NCBI GenBank assembly: GCA_051294375.1
Contig: CM119265.1
Location: 5,689,696-5,753,695 of the forward strand
Reading direction: 5' to 3'
Origin: Paraspadella gotoi
Taxonomy: Eukaryota > Animalia > Chaetognatha
Length of the DNA: 64,000 bases
Position 1 is the first letter of the stretch. Every line of letters begins with the position of its first letter. Shown here one piece after another: positions 13,066 to 27,026 of the stretch. The position numbers and the translations under genes are program-made. The notes below the pieces were generated by a model. That model searched no databases. It was not told the DNA's origin and worked only from the letters and a program-made list of their open reading frames with translations.

Positions 13066-15881
13066 CTATCTAATCTATCTATCTATCTATATCTATCTAC
13101 TATTCTGCTATCTATCTATCTAAACAGCAGTATATATCTTTAGTATTTTATTGTTCTCTCTCTCTCCCTCTCTTTCAGTTTTCGCCCAGTTTTCCGCTTC
13201 ACAGTTTGGCTACCATCTCTTATCCGGCTTCCGTGTAAATGCATCAAAAAAAAGTGACTTCGCCGATCAGGATTTTTGTTTTGATGCGCGTTGCCAGTCG
13301 CTGGCAATGTTTTTTGTTGCTCTTTTTTATTTTTTGTTTCAATTCTCTTTTATCTCGTCTCGATATTCGCCAAATTCCAGGCATATCCATGGAGATATGG
13401 AGTAGAGAGAGAGAGATGAGAGGAGAGGAGAGGAGAGTGGGAGGCACGAGAGGCGAGAGAGAAGAGACGAGAGAGAGAGAGAGAGAAGAGAGAGTGAAAA
13501 GAGGAAAGAAAGACGAAGACAGACAGCGCGAAACAGCTAGACAAAGAGACAACAGGAAAGAGAGAGAGGAGCGAGAGAGAGAGAGAGAGAGAAGAGAGAG
13601 GGAGGAGGAGCGAGAGAGACGGAGAGAGAGCAGAGAGAGCAGAGAGAGAGAGAGAGAGAGAGTGAGAAAGATGTGGTCTCTTGGGCGTCTCCTTTTTTCG
13701 CATTCATCCTCGATATTTATTTTCCCCGTATTTCCTTTTCTCTTCCTCCATTTGAGCTTTTTTTTGAATCGTCGTCGTCGCAGTTGTCAGCTATCATTCA
13801 CGTACGCGTCGTCGGCGTCTGTACGTCGTCGTCGTCAATCGTCTTTTTTGGTCATCGTAAGTTGTCACCATCCATTATCGCTCAGTCATCGTCGTCGTCG
13901 TCATCGTCGTCATCGAATGCACTTCGGTTTCCGTCATCGCATCGTCTTTTTTTGGTAAATGCGTAGTTGTTCACCATCATTANNNNNNNNNNNNNNNNNN
14001 NNNNNNNTCGTCGTCATCGTCATCGTCGTCTTCAATCCTGCTTCGTTTCGTCGTCGTAGCTGTTGTCATCTTCCTTACCGTCGTCGTCATTGTCGTCTTC
14101 CATCGCGGTTCTTGTCGTCGTCGTCGTCATCGTCGTCGTCATCATCGTCGTCGAGTTTCGTTCGTTCGTCATTTTTCTTCACCCGCTTCTCTTCTCTTCT
14201 CTTCTCTTCGGGCGGGCGATCTCCCGAGGGGGGAGAGGGAGGGGGCGGTGCCCGAGCGAGCTAAGCGATGAAGGGGATCGGGGCTCTGGCTCTAATATGT
14301 AATATGAGGGAGTTGTACTTAGCTGACTGTGTATGCTTCAATGCATTAAAAGTTTGTTATAGCGTTATGTTATAATGGGAATCCGATTACGTGAGCTTAA
14401 CCGAATAAAGATACTCAGCTCAATTAGGAAAAAATCGGTCTGGCCACAGAAGCCATTGCCGCTGTCGACGCAGCAACAAACGCGGTCGCCGCCGCCGCCG
14501 CCGTCGCTGCCGATTCCTTCGAACCACGACGCCCAGGAATTCGGACGAAACCTTTTACTGTTTTTTTCTGCGTCATTGGCTGCAAACAAGGAAATAAGCG
14601 GCGGGAAAGAGAGAGATATTAAATTCATTGTCCGCGCTCACGTTATTGTCACAAAGAGTCAACTGTCCGCCGGACTTTTACAACGCCTTTAATCGAAAAC
14701 AAATATATGTATGTTAAACTAACAAATGATTCTTTAGTTTTTTAACCTAAAATAAGAAATGTAACCTAGGTTTAAGGTTAATCGTTGAGAGAGAACAGTT
14801 CATTCAAATCAGCAACATCAGAAATAAAAATTTTCACCTTCTTTTTTTGTTTGGTTTCTTTGTTTGTTTTAGTTTTGTTTGTATTATTTATTTTCTTGTT
14901 TGTTGGTTTTTTAGTGTGTGTGTGTTGTGCGTGTGTGTTTTTAGGTTTTTTTAGTTTCTTGTTTTTTGTATTTTTTTACGGAAAACGAACCTTCTTTATT
15001 CGTGCAACGGATCTGTTGGCGTTTTCTCTATCGACAGCTTTAACCGCCTTTCGTAATTTACCAGCCTTTTGCTGACCTTCAACAGTCTTTCTCTCGCAGT
15101 ATGAATTTTACTTTACAGCTATTTTCGCTGATCTTCAGGCTTCGGCCGCGTCAGCAAAAATCCCAATGTCAGATATTTTTTTATGATGAAGGTTCGATTC
15201 TTACAATTTTACATTAATATTGTGCATAGTTTAAGATGTTAAGTCGTGCCAATTTACCAATAATGTTCGTATGGTCCAAATTAAAATACAGAATGCTTTG
15301 GTGAAAGAATCTCGGATTCTTGTGTTTCTTTGCCCTGGAGTCTGGCCAATCCGCGAGCCTAACCATAAAACGGTTCTTTTTTTTTTTTTGCCCTCAGCCC
15401 ATACTAAATCTTAAAGTTTAGTTATTCTTCCTTCGTTCTCCGACACGAATCCCTCCGGTTTTTCGCCTTCTCTCGGCTCTCGGCTTCTCTTTTCTATTCA
15501 CTTCCGCCCTAAATCGAGCCGTTCCGGCGGCCACTAACAGGGTGCACTTCCGCCCTTAAAAACCTGCTTATTTGCCCTCAGGACCTCCTCCATCGCCCTT
15601 CTCGCGCCTTTTTCTCGGCCCCGCACTTCGCCTCGGAACGCCCTCAGTCTTCTCAATTCCAAAGACCCGACTGTAGTTTAGCGCCCACATAAATTAAGTA
15701 TCAGGATCTTCTGGCATTTTTTATTTTTTCGTCCCTTTTCTTTTCGAAGACATTCTATACTTTGCCTATAATTTTCCTTTGTTTTTTTTTCTTTCCTTCC
15801 GCCTTATTGTTGTTTCTTCTTTATTATTTTCTTTTTTCTTCTTTTTATTTAACATTTGATCTATATTATATCTATCGTATC

Positions 15882-15920
<39 letters not shown>

Positions 15921-16290
15921 ATCTATCTATCTGATCTATCATTACTACGCTATCTATCTATCTTAAACACATTATATATCTTTATATTTTTTGTTCTACT
16001 CATCTCTCCCTCTCTTTCAGTTTCGCCCAGGTTCCGTCACGTCTACCACTTTATGCGGCTTCGTGCTAAATGCATCCAAAAAAAAGTTACTTCGCTGCAG
16101 GATTTTGTTTTTGATGCGCGTTGCCAGTCGCTGCAATGTTTTTGGTGCATCTTTTTTATTTTTTGTTTCAATTCTCTTTTATCTCGTCTCGATATTCGCC
16201 AAATCTCCAGCGATATCATGGAGATATGGAGGAGAGAGAGAGAGATCAGAGAGAAGAGGAGAGGAGAGGTGGGAGGCTACGACGAGGCGG

Positions 16291-16324
<34 letters not shown>

Positions 16325-17440
16325 GAGGAAAAGGTGAAAGAAGACGAGACAGACAGCGCCGAAACAAGCTAGACAAAGAGACAACGCGAAAGAGAGAGAG
16401 GAGCGAGAGAGACGAGAGAGAGAGAGAGAGAGACGGAGGAGAGCAGAGAGAGGAGAGAGAGAGAGAAGAGAGAAGAGAGAGGAGAGAGAGTGAGAAAGAT
16501 GTTGGTCCTTGGGCGTCTCCTTTTTCTCCATTCATCCTCGATATTTATTTTCCCCGTTATTTCCTTCTCTTTTCCTTCCATTTGAGCTTTTTTTTGGAAT
16601 CGTCGTCGTCGCAGTTGTCACTATCAATTCCGTCGCTCGTCGCGTCGTCGTACGTCGTCGTCGTCAATCGTCTTTTTTGTCATCGTAGTTGTCACCTCCG
16701 ATTATCGCTCAGTCATCGTCGTCGTCGTCATCGTCGTCATCGATCACTTCGGTTTCGTCAAGTCGCATCGTCTTTTTTTGGTAAATGGTAGTTGTTTCAC
16801 CATCATTATCGTGTCATCCGTTCATCGTCAGTCTTAAGTCGCTGCTTCGTTTCGTCGTCACGTAGCTGTCTGTCATCTTCCTTACCGGTCGTCGTCATGT
16901 CGTCTTCCATCGGGTTTCTTGTCGTCGTCGTCGTCATCCAGTCGTCGTCATCATCGTCGATCGAGTTTTCGTTCGTTCGTCATTTTTCTTTCAACCCGCT
17001 ATCTCTTCTCTCTTCTCGTTCTTCGTAGGCGCGGGCATCTCCCGAGGGAGAGGGAGGGGGCGGTGCCGAAGGTGCGGAAGCTAAGCGATGAAAGGGATGC
17101 GGGCTGCTGGCTCTAATATGTATATTGAGGGAGTTGTACTTAGCGCTGACTGGTATGCTTCAATGGCATATAAAAGTTTGTTATAGCGTTATCGTTATAA
17201 TGGGACATCCGATTACGTGAGCTTAACACCGAAATAAAGATACTCAGCTCAATTAGGAAAAAAATCGGTCTGGCCAGAAGCCATTGCCGCTTCGATCGAC
17301 AGCAACAAACGCAGTCGCCGCCGCCGCGCGCCGTCGCTGCCCGATCTCCTTCGAACCACGACGCCCGAGGAATTCGGACGAAACCTGTTTACTTATGCTT
17401 TTTTCTTCGTGCGATTGTCTGCAAACAAGGAAATAGGCGG
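9838..17440. repeat. Triplicated ~2-2.8 kb intronic block (starts near 9838, 11783, 14619), likely gap-filling artefact
   Basis: A closely matching start (ATCATTGTCC...GTTATTG...AAGAGTCAACTGTC) and the same internal order (GTTT tract, TATC tract, GA tract, GTC tract) occur three times. Copies 2 and 3 show scattered single-base insertions. Confidence 0.92.
11027..11116. repeat. (TATC)n microsatellite
   Basis: Near-perfect tetranucleotide run; noisier copies at ~13035-13120 and ~15860-15960. Confidence 0.95.
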
Positions 17441-19175
17441 CGGGGAGGGGAAGGGAAAGATGAGAGAGGAGAAGAGAGAGCAGAGATAGAGAGACGAGAG
17501 AGAGATGAGAGAGAGAGAGTAGAGAGAGAGAGAAGAGAAGAGAGAGGAGAGGAGAGATNNNNNNNNNNNNNNNNNNNNNNNNNAGAGAAAGAGAGAGAGA
17601 ATGTATTGAATTTGCTATACTTAATTAAATATTTTATTAGTAGTAAGGTATTAAAATTAATAAGATTATTTAAATTAAAGTTAACAACTAGTAAGTTAAT
17701 ATTTTTTTAGTTCATTCACTCATCCTACCTCCTTCCTGACTTCTCGATTGCCGCCTTTGATCGCGTGCTCTCATGAAAAGATTAAAAAATGTTTTAGGTT
17801 CTGTGACTCGACTAATTGGAACTTGACGACGTGTCACGAGAATCGTTCAAGTGCCACAACGCCTGACGATTGGGCACGACGTGCAATACTGTGCTTTGAA
17901 TGTCTCACAAAGTATAAAAAAAGTGTATTAGATAAATTGTGAAAAAGTACGACGATATGCTAGCCTACAACCACAGAGCAGTATGTCAAAACGACATAAT
18001 GTGCTAAATTGCTAAAGTGCAAAAAGCAGAGACAAAGTGCAAATAATTACGAAGAGTTTACACAATCGTGAACGTGAAACTAGTCAAGTGCTGCAAGATG
18101 AAACGACTCGCGACGAAATTTGAAAAAGTCGGACGAATAATCGCGACGTGCCTGGCGGACGGAAGATGACGTATGATGTCGTAAGATCTATTGCGACGTC
18201 GCGCCCTCTATCTCTCTTTCTTCCATCAATTCACCTCGAAGAGACATTGAAAAAGTGTGGAGTAGTCAAGGTATGAGACCAATGCCCAAATTATTTTATT
18301 GGAAAGACAGGGCAACTCGAGTTACTTTATTTCCCGTTTTCAACGAGTTATTCAAAGCTTACATTTGCCAAGAAAATAAAAGTTTTAAAAAAAAAACAAG
18401 CAGGAGCTTACCTGGGATCAGGCGGCGGGAAATTGTCGCTCTCGAAAATTACGGTTTTCATCGCAGACGAGAGAGAATAAATTTAAGCCGCGCGAAAGGG
18501 AAAGAGGTAAGACATTGGGGAATAGAACAGGCTAATGGGGGCGTACGGGCTGCGACGGCGTCTCAGTCGTACAGCGACCCCATTTTTTTTTTAAATCTTT
18601 ACACTTTTTTTTTTTTAATCTGCGGTGATTGATTGCGCCATTGGGTGAAAAAAAAATTAATCGTTCCTCACTCTGCGCAAATCCACTGTGAGGTTTTCTT
18701 TATCCCGGAACCAGAATCCAAAAAAAACGATGCAACGTTGCTTTCTATCATCACCATAAGTTATGAGGCGGAACGCGTATAACGTGGCCGCACCCGACGG
18801 GAACTCTGTCGGGAAGAACAAAATCTCATCAAAACAACAACAATGAAGATAGAAAAGAAAGGAAAAGGGGGGGGGGAAGGAGAAAAAAAAAGGAAGAGTG
18901 CTGATAACGCGGCTTTTTTTTTTCGACGTCGACGACGAAGGTTATAGTTGTGGGACTCGTAGCTTGTTTTTTGTTGTTTTTTTGTTTGTTTTTTGTTTTG
19001 TTTTTTGTTTTGTTTTTTTTAGCGGAAGTGTGGTTGTCGAGAGTCGAGGGTTGAAATCAAAATATTTTCTCTGAAAATCCGGAAAAATCAAAATCATGAC
19101 ACGACCTTTCATTAGCGATACAAGAAAGTATTTCCGGACTGTCATCTTTCTTCCATCTCTTTGTCTGTCTGTTTG

Positions 19176-19224
<49 letters not shown>

Positions 19225-19674
19225 GTTATCCATGAAACGTGACACTATTTTGTTTTCATTTAGTTTTCTGATTCTTCTCCAACGTCATTCCTTTTTTTTT
19301 CTGCTTTCGCTCCGCGTCAGATTAATCGTGCGCGCGGATTCTCTTTTCTTTTTTTTTTCTTTTTTTATTTTTTTTGTAATCAGAAATTCAGATTCATTTT
19401 TTAGCCCCCACTGATTTTTTTTTTCTAATTCTTTTTTTTTCGCCAATGCACTAGATTTATTTTTATTTTTTTATAATAAATTTAAAGCGAGTTATCATAA
19501 CGTATTAACTATTAAGTTACCTTTCATCTTAAGTTACACTATTTAATAATTTTCGTTAGGTTAGTAGACATATATTTGGCCTTTGTTCTTTCCTTCGTCG
19601 AAACGCATCTGTGCTTCGAGCTCAATCACGAATCTCGATGGAGAATTTTATCACGACCCTGGCGATAACTCTCT

Positions 19675-19713
<39 letters not shown>

Positions 19714-21499
19714 CCTCTCCCTCTACGCCGCAACAAAGCGCACGCATCGCTCTCTCAGTCTCTCCTCTTCTCTTTCAAATCTGTCTTTAGCCCCAAAAAA
19801 AAAGAAGAAAAAAAATCTCCGCCCTCAAAATTTAAGAAAGAAAAAAAAAACCTGTGCTCGCGCGTTTCCTAGAAACGTTCGCTTTACTAGTCTTGACCTC
19901 CCAGCCCGAACTTTTTCTACGGGTTTGATAGGCCCCATAACTTTTTTTTCCCTCCTCCCTCGTNNNNNNNNNNNNNNNNNNNNNNNNNNNNNNNNNNNNN
20001 NNNNNNNNNNNNNNNNNNNNNNNNNNNNNNNNNNNNNNNNNNNNNNNNNNNNNNNNNNNNNNNNNNNNNNNNNNNNNNNNNNNNNNNNNNNNNNNNNNNN
20101 NNNNNNNNNNNNNNNNNNNNNNNNNNNNNNNNNNNNNNNNNNNNNNNNNNNNNNNNNNNNNNNNNNNNNNNNNNNNNNNNNNNNNNNNNNNNNNNNNNNN
20201 NNNNNNNNNNNNNNNNNNNNNNNNGCACGAAGCCGTAAATTCTTCCGGCGACTTTTGTTATTTTTTGTTGAGTAAATATAAAAAAAAAAAGTCGTAATAA
20301 ATTTACAAGCGAAGCGAAGTCGACGTTCCAGAAATTCTGATGTAAAGTCATCGTATACAAAAATGTTTGTAAAAAGTTTAAACTTACTACAGTTTCCAAT
20401 AGTTTAGTGACCGTCAAACCTAAACTTATATGTATGTATATGTTGTATATGTACATTGTACATATGGTGTACATATATGTCCGAATAAGTAAAACATGAA
20501 CATAAGTTAATAGGTTAGTAAATTGATAATCATTAACTAAATTAATTGATTCCGGAAAAAAAATTTATCTAGATATCAAACGTTTGAAAATTTATAAAAT
20601 TGTGAAAGAATCAATAAATCAATGCATGAATGGATAAACGAATTAAACAATCAATGAATTAATAAATACACGAATAAACGCATGAATGAATCGATCAATG
20701 AATAAATAAATGGAATTTGTCAAAAATACGAATGTTTTGATGTAAAACAAAAAAAAAAACAGCGACGTATATTTTGAACGATCATAAGCATACGCTTAAA
20801 CTTACCGGAAGAACGGCGAGCTCGAGAAAAAAAATCACTCTCTTAATCACATCACTCTCTCATCTCATCATCATCCAGATTCGTCGTCTCTCTTATCTCT
20901 CTCTCTTTCTCCTCTTCTCTCTCTCTCCTCTCTTCTTCATACTCTACATCTCAAACTCCTCCTCCGTCTCTCCGTCTCTTCTCTCTCTTTCGCGCTTTTT
21001 CATGTCAATCGCGATGAAAAATTCATCGAGATCACAAAGATGGACTCTGACCGGACCTGAAGGGACAACAAGAGAAGGGACCGTGAGGTGTANNNNNNNN
21101 NNNNNNNNNNNNNNNNNNNNNNNNNNNNNNNNNNNNNNNNNNNNNNNNNNNNNNNNNNNNNNNNNNNNNNNNNNNNNNNNNNNNNNNNNNNNNNNNNNNN
21201 NNNNNNNNNNNNNNNNNNNNNNNNNNNNNNNNNNNNNNNNNNNNNNNNNNNNNNNNNNNNNNNNNNNNNNNNNNNNNNNNNNNNNNNNNNNNNNNNNNNN
21301 NNNNNNNNNNNNNNNNNNNNNNNNNNNNNNNNNNNNNNNNNNNNNNNNNNNNNNNNNNNNNNNNNNNNNNNNNNNNNNNNNNNNNNNNNNNNNNNNNNNN
21401 NNNCGGAAGGATGGAGAAAATTGTCTGGCAAAGAATTTGGAAAGAAAAATGAAGATAAAAGAAAAAATAAACAAACCAAAAAAAACAAAGAAACAAAAG

Positions 21500-21608
<109 letters not shown>

Positions 21609-22344
21609 GGGAAAGAGAGGAAAAAAAACAACAAAGTAAAAATGAAATAGAGAAAGAAATTGAAACGAGAGAAATAATTTTTCAAGAAACCTTGAAACTT
21701 TTTCGAGGTCGTCGCGCTTTTTTCTGTATCAAAGCAAATAAAATTTATAAAAAAATAAATAAATAAATAAATAAATAAATAAATATAAAAACGAGCCAAC
21801 TACAAAGCTTGTTTGTCGTCGGCGATAACGCCTACGTACCCCGATGATGCCGCCGGAAACGTGAAGATGGCGCTGGCGACTTTAGACTCAATTCCGATTC
21901 AATTACCGATGGTAAACAAAAGGCAGTCGGGGATCCCACGACGCAGCAGCTGCGAGGGGGGAAGATGAGGTGAAGGGGAAGAGTAAAAGTGAGTTTTGTT
22001 TAGAGGAAAGAATTTTCAAAAAGCCAAAGTGAACATGATGGAATTGTAGAGAAGAACGTTAAAAAAAACCAAAATGAAATGTGATTGTTGCCTGGTAAGT
22101 ACATTAGATGTCTATTAACTCCGTCCTTTAGAAGGTAGGGCCAGTGACAAGGAGAAAATATTACATCGGCTGATCGGCCTTGGTCGCATTGTTATCACCG
22201 AAAAGAAATTTCCAGTCTGTTTAAATCTCACCATTAAGTCTCCGTTAAACCCACATTGCCCAATCTCTACCATTCCTAACTCACCCCCCCCCTCCATCAC
22301 CTCTCCAATCGAATCCCCATTCTCATTCGACCTCACTCAACTGA

Positions 22345-23010
22345 CGAGAGCGTCGACTGTCTCCTTCCGTCGTTCGCTCGTCAGCGGCGCTGTCGGCGCT
22401 ATCGGCGCTGCCCGGCGCTGCCCGGCGCTCGTTCTCGCTCGTCGACGCTCGTAATTACGCGCTCATTCAAATCCGTTCGTTTGGCGGAAGGCAATTACTC
22501 CTGCGCGCCGCTCGGGGCCCCTCGGCGCCGCGGCGTCGAAAGGCGGCGCTCGTCTCTTTCCGCCGTCTGGTTCCGTCGCTTCGAATCTCGTTCGAGTCAT
22601 TTCCGGTTTGCAGACGCAATTCGGAGAGGCGTGGTAACGAAGGAGTGGTTGTCGAAGCGTGGTGACGGGGAGGTTTGTGATAAAGGAGTATTAAAATGAC
22701 CGCAGAAATGGTTTCTATGGCGTTTTTTTTTTTAAAGGTTGCCTCAAAATCGGGAATAACGTAGCAGGGAGAAACGTACTCCGTCCGTACTCAAAATTCG
22801 TGAATTCAAAATTTAATGAGCGAACGAACTTACGATCGAACCTCGTTGAAGAATACGTACGCCCGCCCGCGACGAAATAAATGGGACTCGGCTGATTTCG
22901 CGGCTTCGCGCTCTTGCGATCGGCGCCGCCAGACTTCTAGTCTCAGCCGTCAGTCGAAAAAAAAAACCCGGTTTTTCGCTTCCGGGGCGACATTCGACAT
23001 TCGACATCCG
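22345..23010. promoter_or_regulatory. Intronic GC/CpG-rich island-like segment with CGGCGCT tandem motif
   Basis: Sharp rise in GC and CpG relative to the flanks; five CGGCGCT units at 9-10 bp spacing (22385-22430). Function is inferred only. Confidence 0.3.
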
Positions 23011-24435
23011 AAACCATTTGTAAAAATTTCTATTCGACGACGTTTCTTAGCCCGAGTGAAACTGAGAAAACCGACGACGGAAAGTAAGGAAACTCTTTTT
23101 TCTCTGTTTCCGTTACCGCTTCACCTCTGTGGTCGACCTGTTCCCTTCCCCGTCTTTGGTGCGCGGCTAAAGGAAGGTGAGAGAAAAGAGGACTGCTCCG
23201 ACCGGACTGATATTTCTATTGACAATACCGAGGAATAACGATCAACGCCGCCCAGACGTGACCTCAATCCGTCGCTGCCAGAAAAACTCTTTTCGTCAAC
23301 AATAGTAGCCTCGACTCAAGAAATCGCGCGAGAAAACAAGCGAGCCTCCCTGAGGGCGCAACGCTTCAACGACCCACCCAGTGGTGCCGGTCGAGCCCGA
23401 CCCAGTCCCTCTCGCTTGGAGCCTGCTCCCCCAAACCCTCAACCTCCGCAATCCCGTTTCGCATCAGCCCGAAGTCCTCGTGAAATTCAATCTCAAAATG
23501 TCCAAAAATGCCAATGGTGAATAAAAGCAGAAAGTCCCAGTTGCAATCAATTTTTTTTTTTTCAGACAACAATCAATCCATTCACTTTCACGTTAACACG
23601 CACCTCTTTTTCTTCAGCGCTCCAACCCGTTCGACCACATTTTTCAGATCTGAGTTGGTCTCTCTCTCGATCTCTCTCTCTCTTCGTCTCTCTCCCTCTG
23701 GTCTCTCCTCGCTCTCTCCTCTCTCTCTCTCCTCCCTCTCTCCTCCCCGCTTCTCTCGGAAAATCGTTGACCTCCCAATATCGCTTCAGGTGTCGGGTGA
23801 GAGATCGGGCAGTTTTTTTTTATTTCTCAACATTTTCCCCCCTTTTTTTCTTTTAATTTTTTTTTCTTTTCTTTTTTGCTTTTATTTCCTCCTTTCCTCC
23901 TTTCCTTCATTCTTCATTTGTTTTCTTTCCTCCTTTTTTCTCTCGATTCATGCGAATCTTTTTATTTCCGCTTTGTTTTCCGAGCGCCGCCGCTGTGTGG
24001 CGCCGGCGTCCTTGGCGACCGCGTCTCCCGCGGCGCGTTTGTCGTCGCACTGGCGGAAGCAGCCAGCATCCGCTGTATTCTACAGCATCAGCTGTATTTG
24101 CCAGAGACTGGTTGTTGTTGTCTGCAATTTTGAGCCTCTGCGCCGCAGACTGCGGTTGAGGAACAGATTTTGCTAGAAAAAAATATATTAAAATTACATT
24201 TATATTTGTGATTCTGTCTTTGCGACTTTTGATCCAACTCTCTATCTCTCTTCCTCTCTCTCTCTCTCCCTCTTTCCTTCTCTCTCCCTCTCCCTCTCTC
24301 TCTCTGTGTTTCTCTCTCTTCTTATTTTAAGTTGTATTGATGAGCGCGATCTCGCTTGCGCCTCTGGTGATGAAATGGCCCTCGTTTTCTTCTTCGTCGC
24401 AGTCGTTGCGATCGTCGCTATCTTTTTCTTCTTCT

Positions 24436-24466
<31 letters not shown>

Positions 24467-25006
24467 TTCCTCCTTCCACTTCTTTGGTCTTTGGTTTCGA
24501 TTTTCCCTCGAGGTTTTGTAATTCAACTCAGAAGAGAATTTCTTTCGCTTTTTTCTTCTATTTCTTTTTTTTTTNNNNNNNNNNNNNNNNNNNNNNNNNN
24601 NNNNNNNNNNNNNNNNNNNNNNNNNNNNNNNNNNNNNNNNNNNNNNNNNNNNNNNNNNNNNNNNNNNNNNNNNNNNNNNNNNNNNNNNNNNNNNNNNNNN
24701 NNNNNNNNNNNNNNNNNNNNNNNNNNNNNNNNNNNNNNNNNNNNNNNNNNNNNNNNNNNNNNNNNNNNNNNNNNNNNNNNNNNNNNNNNNNNNNNNNNNN
24801 NNNNNNNNNNNNNNNNNNNNNNNNNNNNNNNNNNNNNNNNNNNNNNNNNNNNNNNNNNNNNNNNNNNNNNNNNNNNNNNNGTGTTTAATTATTTTAATAT
24901 CTGTTTTCGTCTGAATAGAACTTTTTTTCGATACGCTTAAAATCTTAAAGTGTAACAGTGTATCTTGCATAATGCGATTGCGCATCTGTATAATGAATGA
25001 GAGAGA

Positions 25007-25084
<78 letters not shown>

Positions 25085-25184
25085 TCGGCGAAAAAAAAAC
25101 TTCGCCTTTCAAACAAATCGATGGGGAAGAGAAACAGGTACCTCTCAGGTTACTTTTTTGCTCTCTACCCGATTCTATTTCTAA

Positions 25185-25255
<71 letters not shown>

Positions 25256-25402
25256 TTTTTTCTTCACCCCCCGCTAAGCGCGGAAGCGGCGTGGCTAATG
25301 ACTTGGACGGCCGCCCACAGGCGGCGACACTTGTTGCCAAAGCGAACGAAAAAAAAAAGGGAAAGTGGGGAAAAGTTGAAATCGAGAGAGAGAGAGAGAG
25401 AG

Positions 25403-25451
<49 letters not shown>

Positions 25452-25742
25452 GGAGAGAGAGACGGAGAGAGAGAAAGAGGCAATAAAAAATCAGAAGTAA
25501 AAGCAAAATAGGAACGAGAGTCGTTGGACGTCGCTAACAAATATCCGTTTTTCCTGAAATTAGGTTAGCGAACGATTTACCTATTTATTTAAATATTATT
25601 CATAAAACAGTCCTCTATTTTTAGATCTTTTTTCTCAATTAATCAATATTACATCATATTCATTCCGATCTCAGTCTCGAGAATCAATTCCATATCTCTC
25701 TCATCTCTCTCTTTCTCTCATCTCTCTCTCTCTCTCCTCTCT

Positions 25743-25782
<40 letters not shown>

Positions 25783-26526
25783 CTCTGTCTCTCTCTCCAC
25801 GTCGTAAAAACTTCTTATCTCATCGTAAACGGAAATAAAACCTTTCGCGCGACGAAAGACGAAGGGAATCAGTCGATTAGCGGCCGATAGGAATATGAAC
25901 GGCGCCGGCGGCGTCGATTCAATCGGTTGGCGGCGTCGGCCAGCGCCAGCGCCGGAATCCAGCTTCCATATCCTCGGAATCGTTCCGTCGGAAAAGTGNN
26001 NNNNNNNNNNNNNNNNNNNNNNNAATTCCTCGATTTACGACCTTCGGGGGTGTGCCGGGGGGCAGTGACAGGGGGTGGTGGTGGAATGGATCGTCTACAA
26101 AACGGCCATACCGTGCGCCACTCCAGGGGGCGTGAGTCTATAAAGGCCAGAAAAAATGCGTCTAGCGATTCTTCCGGTCAGACGGTCTAATTCCAGAATA
26201 CTTCGTGAGACGAGACCCAGAAGATGAGACGGTGATTTGGCGACGGCGCGACGGTTTCGTTCAAGGCGACGCCAACTATATATCGAAATGACTACGTTTT
26301 CCGTCGTAAGCGCGGTTTGGAGAATTATTAACGCCTTTTTTTTCTGTTTTCGCGATCTACATTTTATTGTACATCAGGAAATTGGACAGTAGCTACAAGG
26401 TGGATTGTGGAGAATGTTAACTTTAGCCAGGCGATAATTATTACTTGCACGATTGTATAAAAATATCTACTTTTAATGTATTCTCTCTCAATTGATCCCC
26501 CCCCCTCTTCCCCTTGCCCTTAACAG

Positions 26527-26745
26527 GTTCAAATGCAAGACGCCGGAAACTACATGTGCAACAACGTCTTCACCGCGACGCTCATAGTCGTCGGCTTTCC
26601 CGACTGCACACCGCGCAAGCACGAGTTCGTCGAGAGCCGGAGCGTGACGCTGCGCTGCGTCCTCGCCGCTACGCCGCAGCACGTTTTCGAGGAGAGCGTC
26701 GCAGCGGAGATGGCGCCCGATCCGCGACATCCTTCTACGTTTAAG
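26527..26745 (+). CDS. IgSF protein, exon B: end of Ig domain 1 and start of Ig domain 2
   Basis: Polypyrimidine tract + AACAG acceptor; 219 nt, phase 0/0; AAG|GTAAGA donor. Encodes VQMQDAGNYMCNNVFTATLIVVGFPDC...SVTLRC. The D-x-G-x-Y-x-C motif completes the domain begun in exon A. Confidence 0.93.
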
Positions 26746-27026
26746 GTAAGAGGATGAGCGAGATCGTATTGTGGGGAGGGGAATGAGGAAGATTGCATTC
26801 GGTTATTCTTTCCATCATGGTAAGCTCAATCCAGAAACGCTCGCACTAGGTAGCATTAGTTTAATTTTAAATTACGAATATGAGATCTATAAATCAAATC
26901 GGTTTATTTCCCTCACTTCGTTTGCTCCATCGACTCAAATAGATATGAATGTATTAAATTTATTAAATTCACAAAAAAATTTTCTTGCAAATTGATCGTC
27001 AGCAGTCGTTTACCCTTTTCCCTCAG

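Noticed and set aside
17750-18250. Non-repetitive-looking stretch with recurring AAAGTGC / ACGACG words
   Set aside because: It lies shortly after a 25-N gap and has no stable period or credible ORF; it looks like a noisy read over degenerate repeat.
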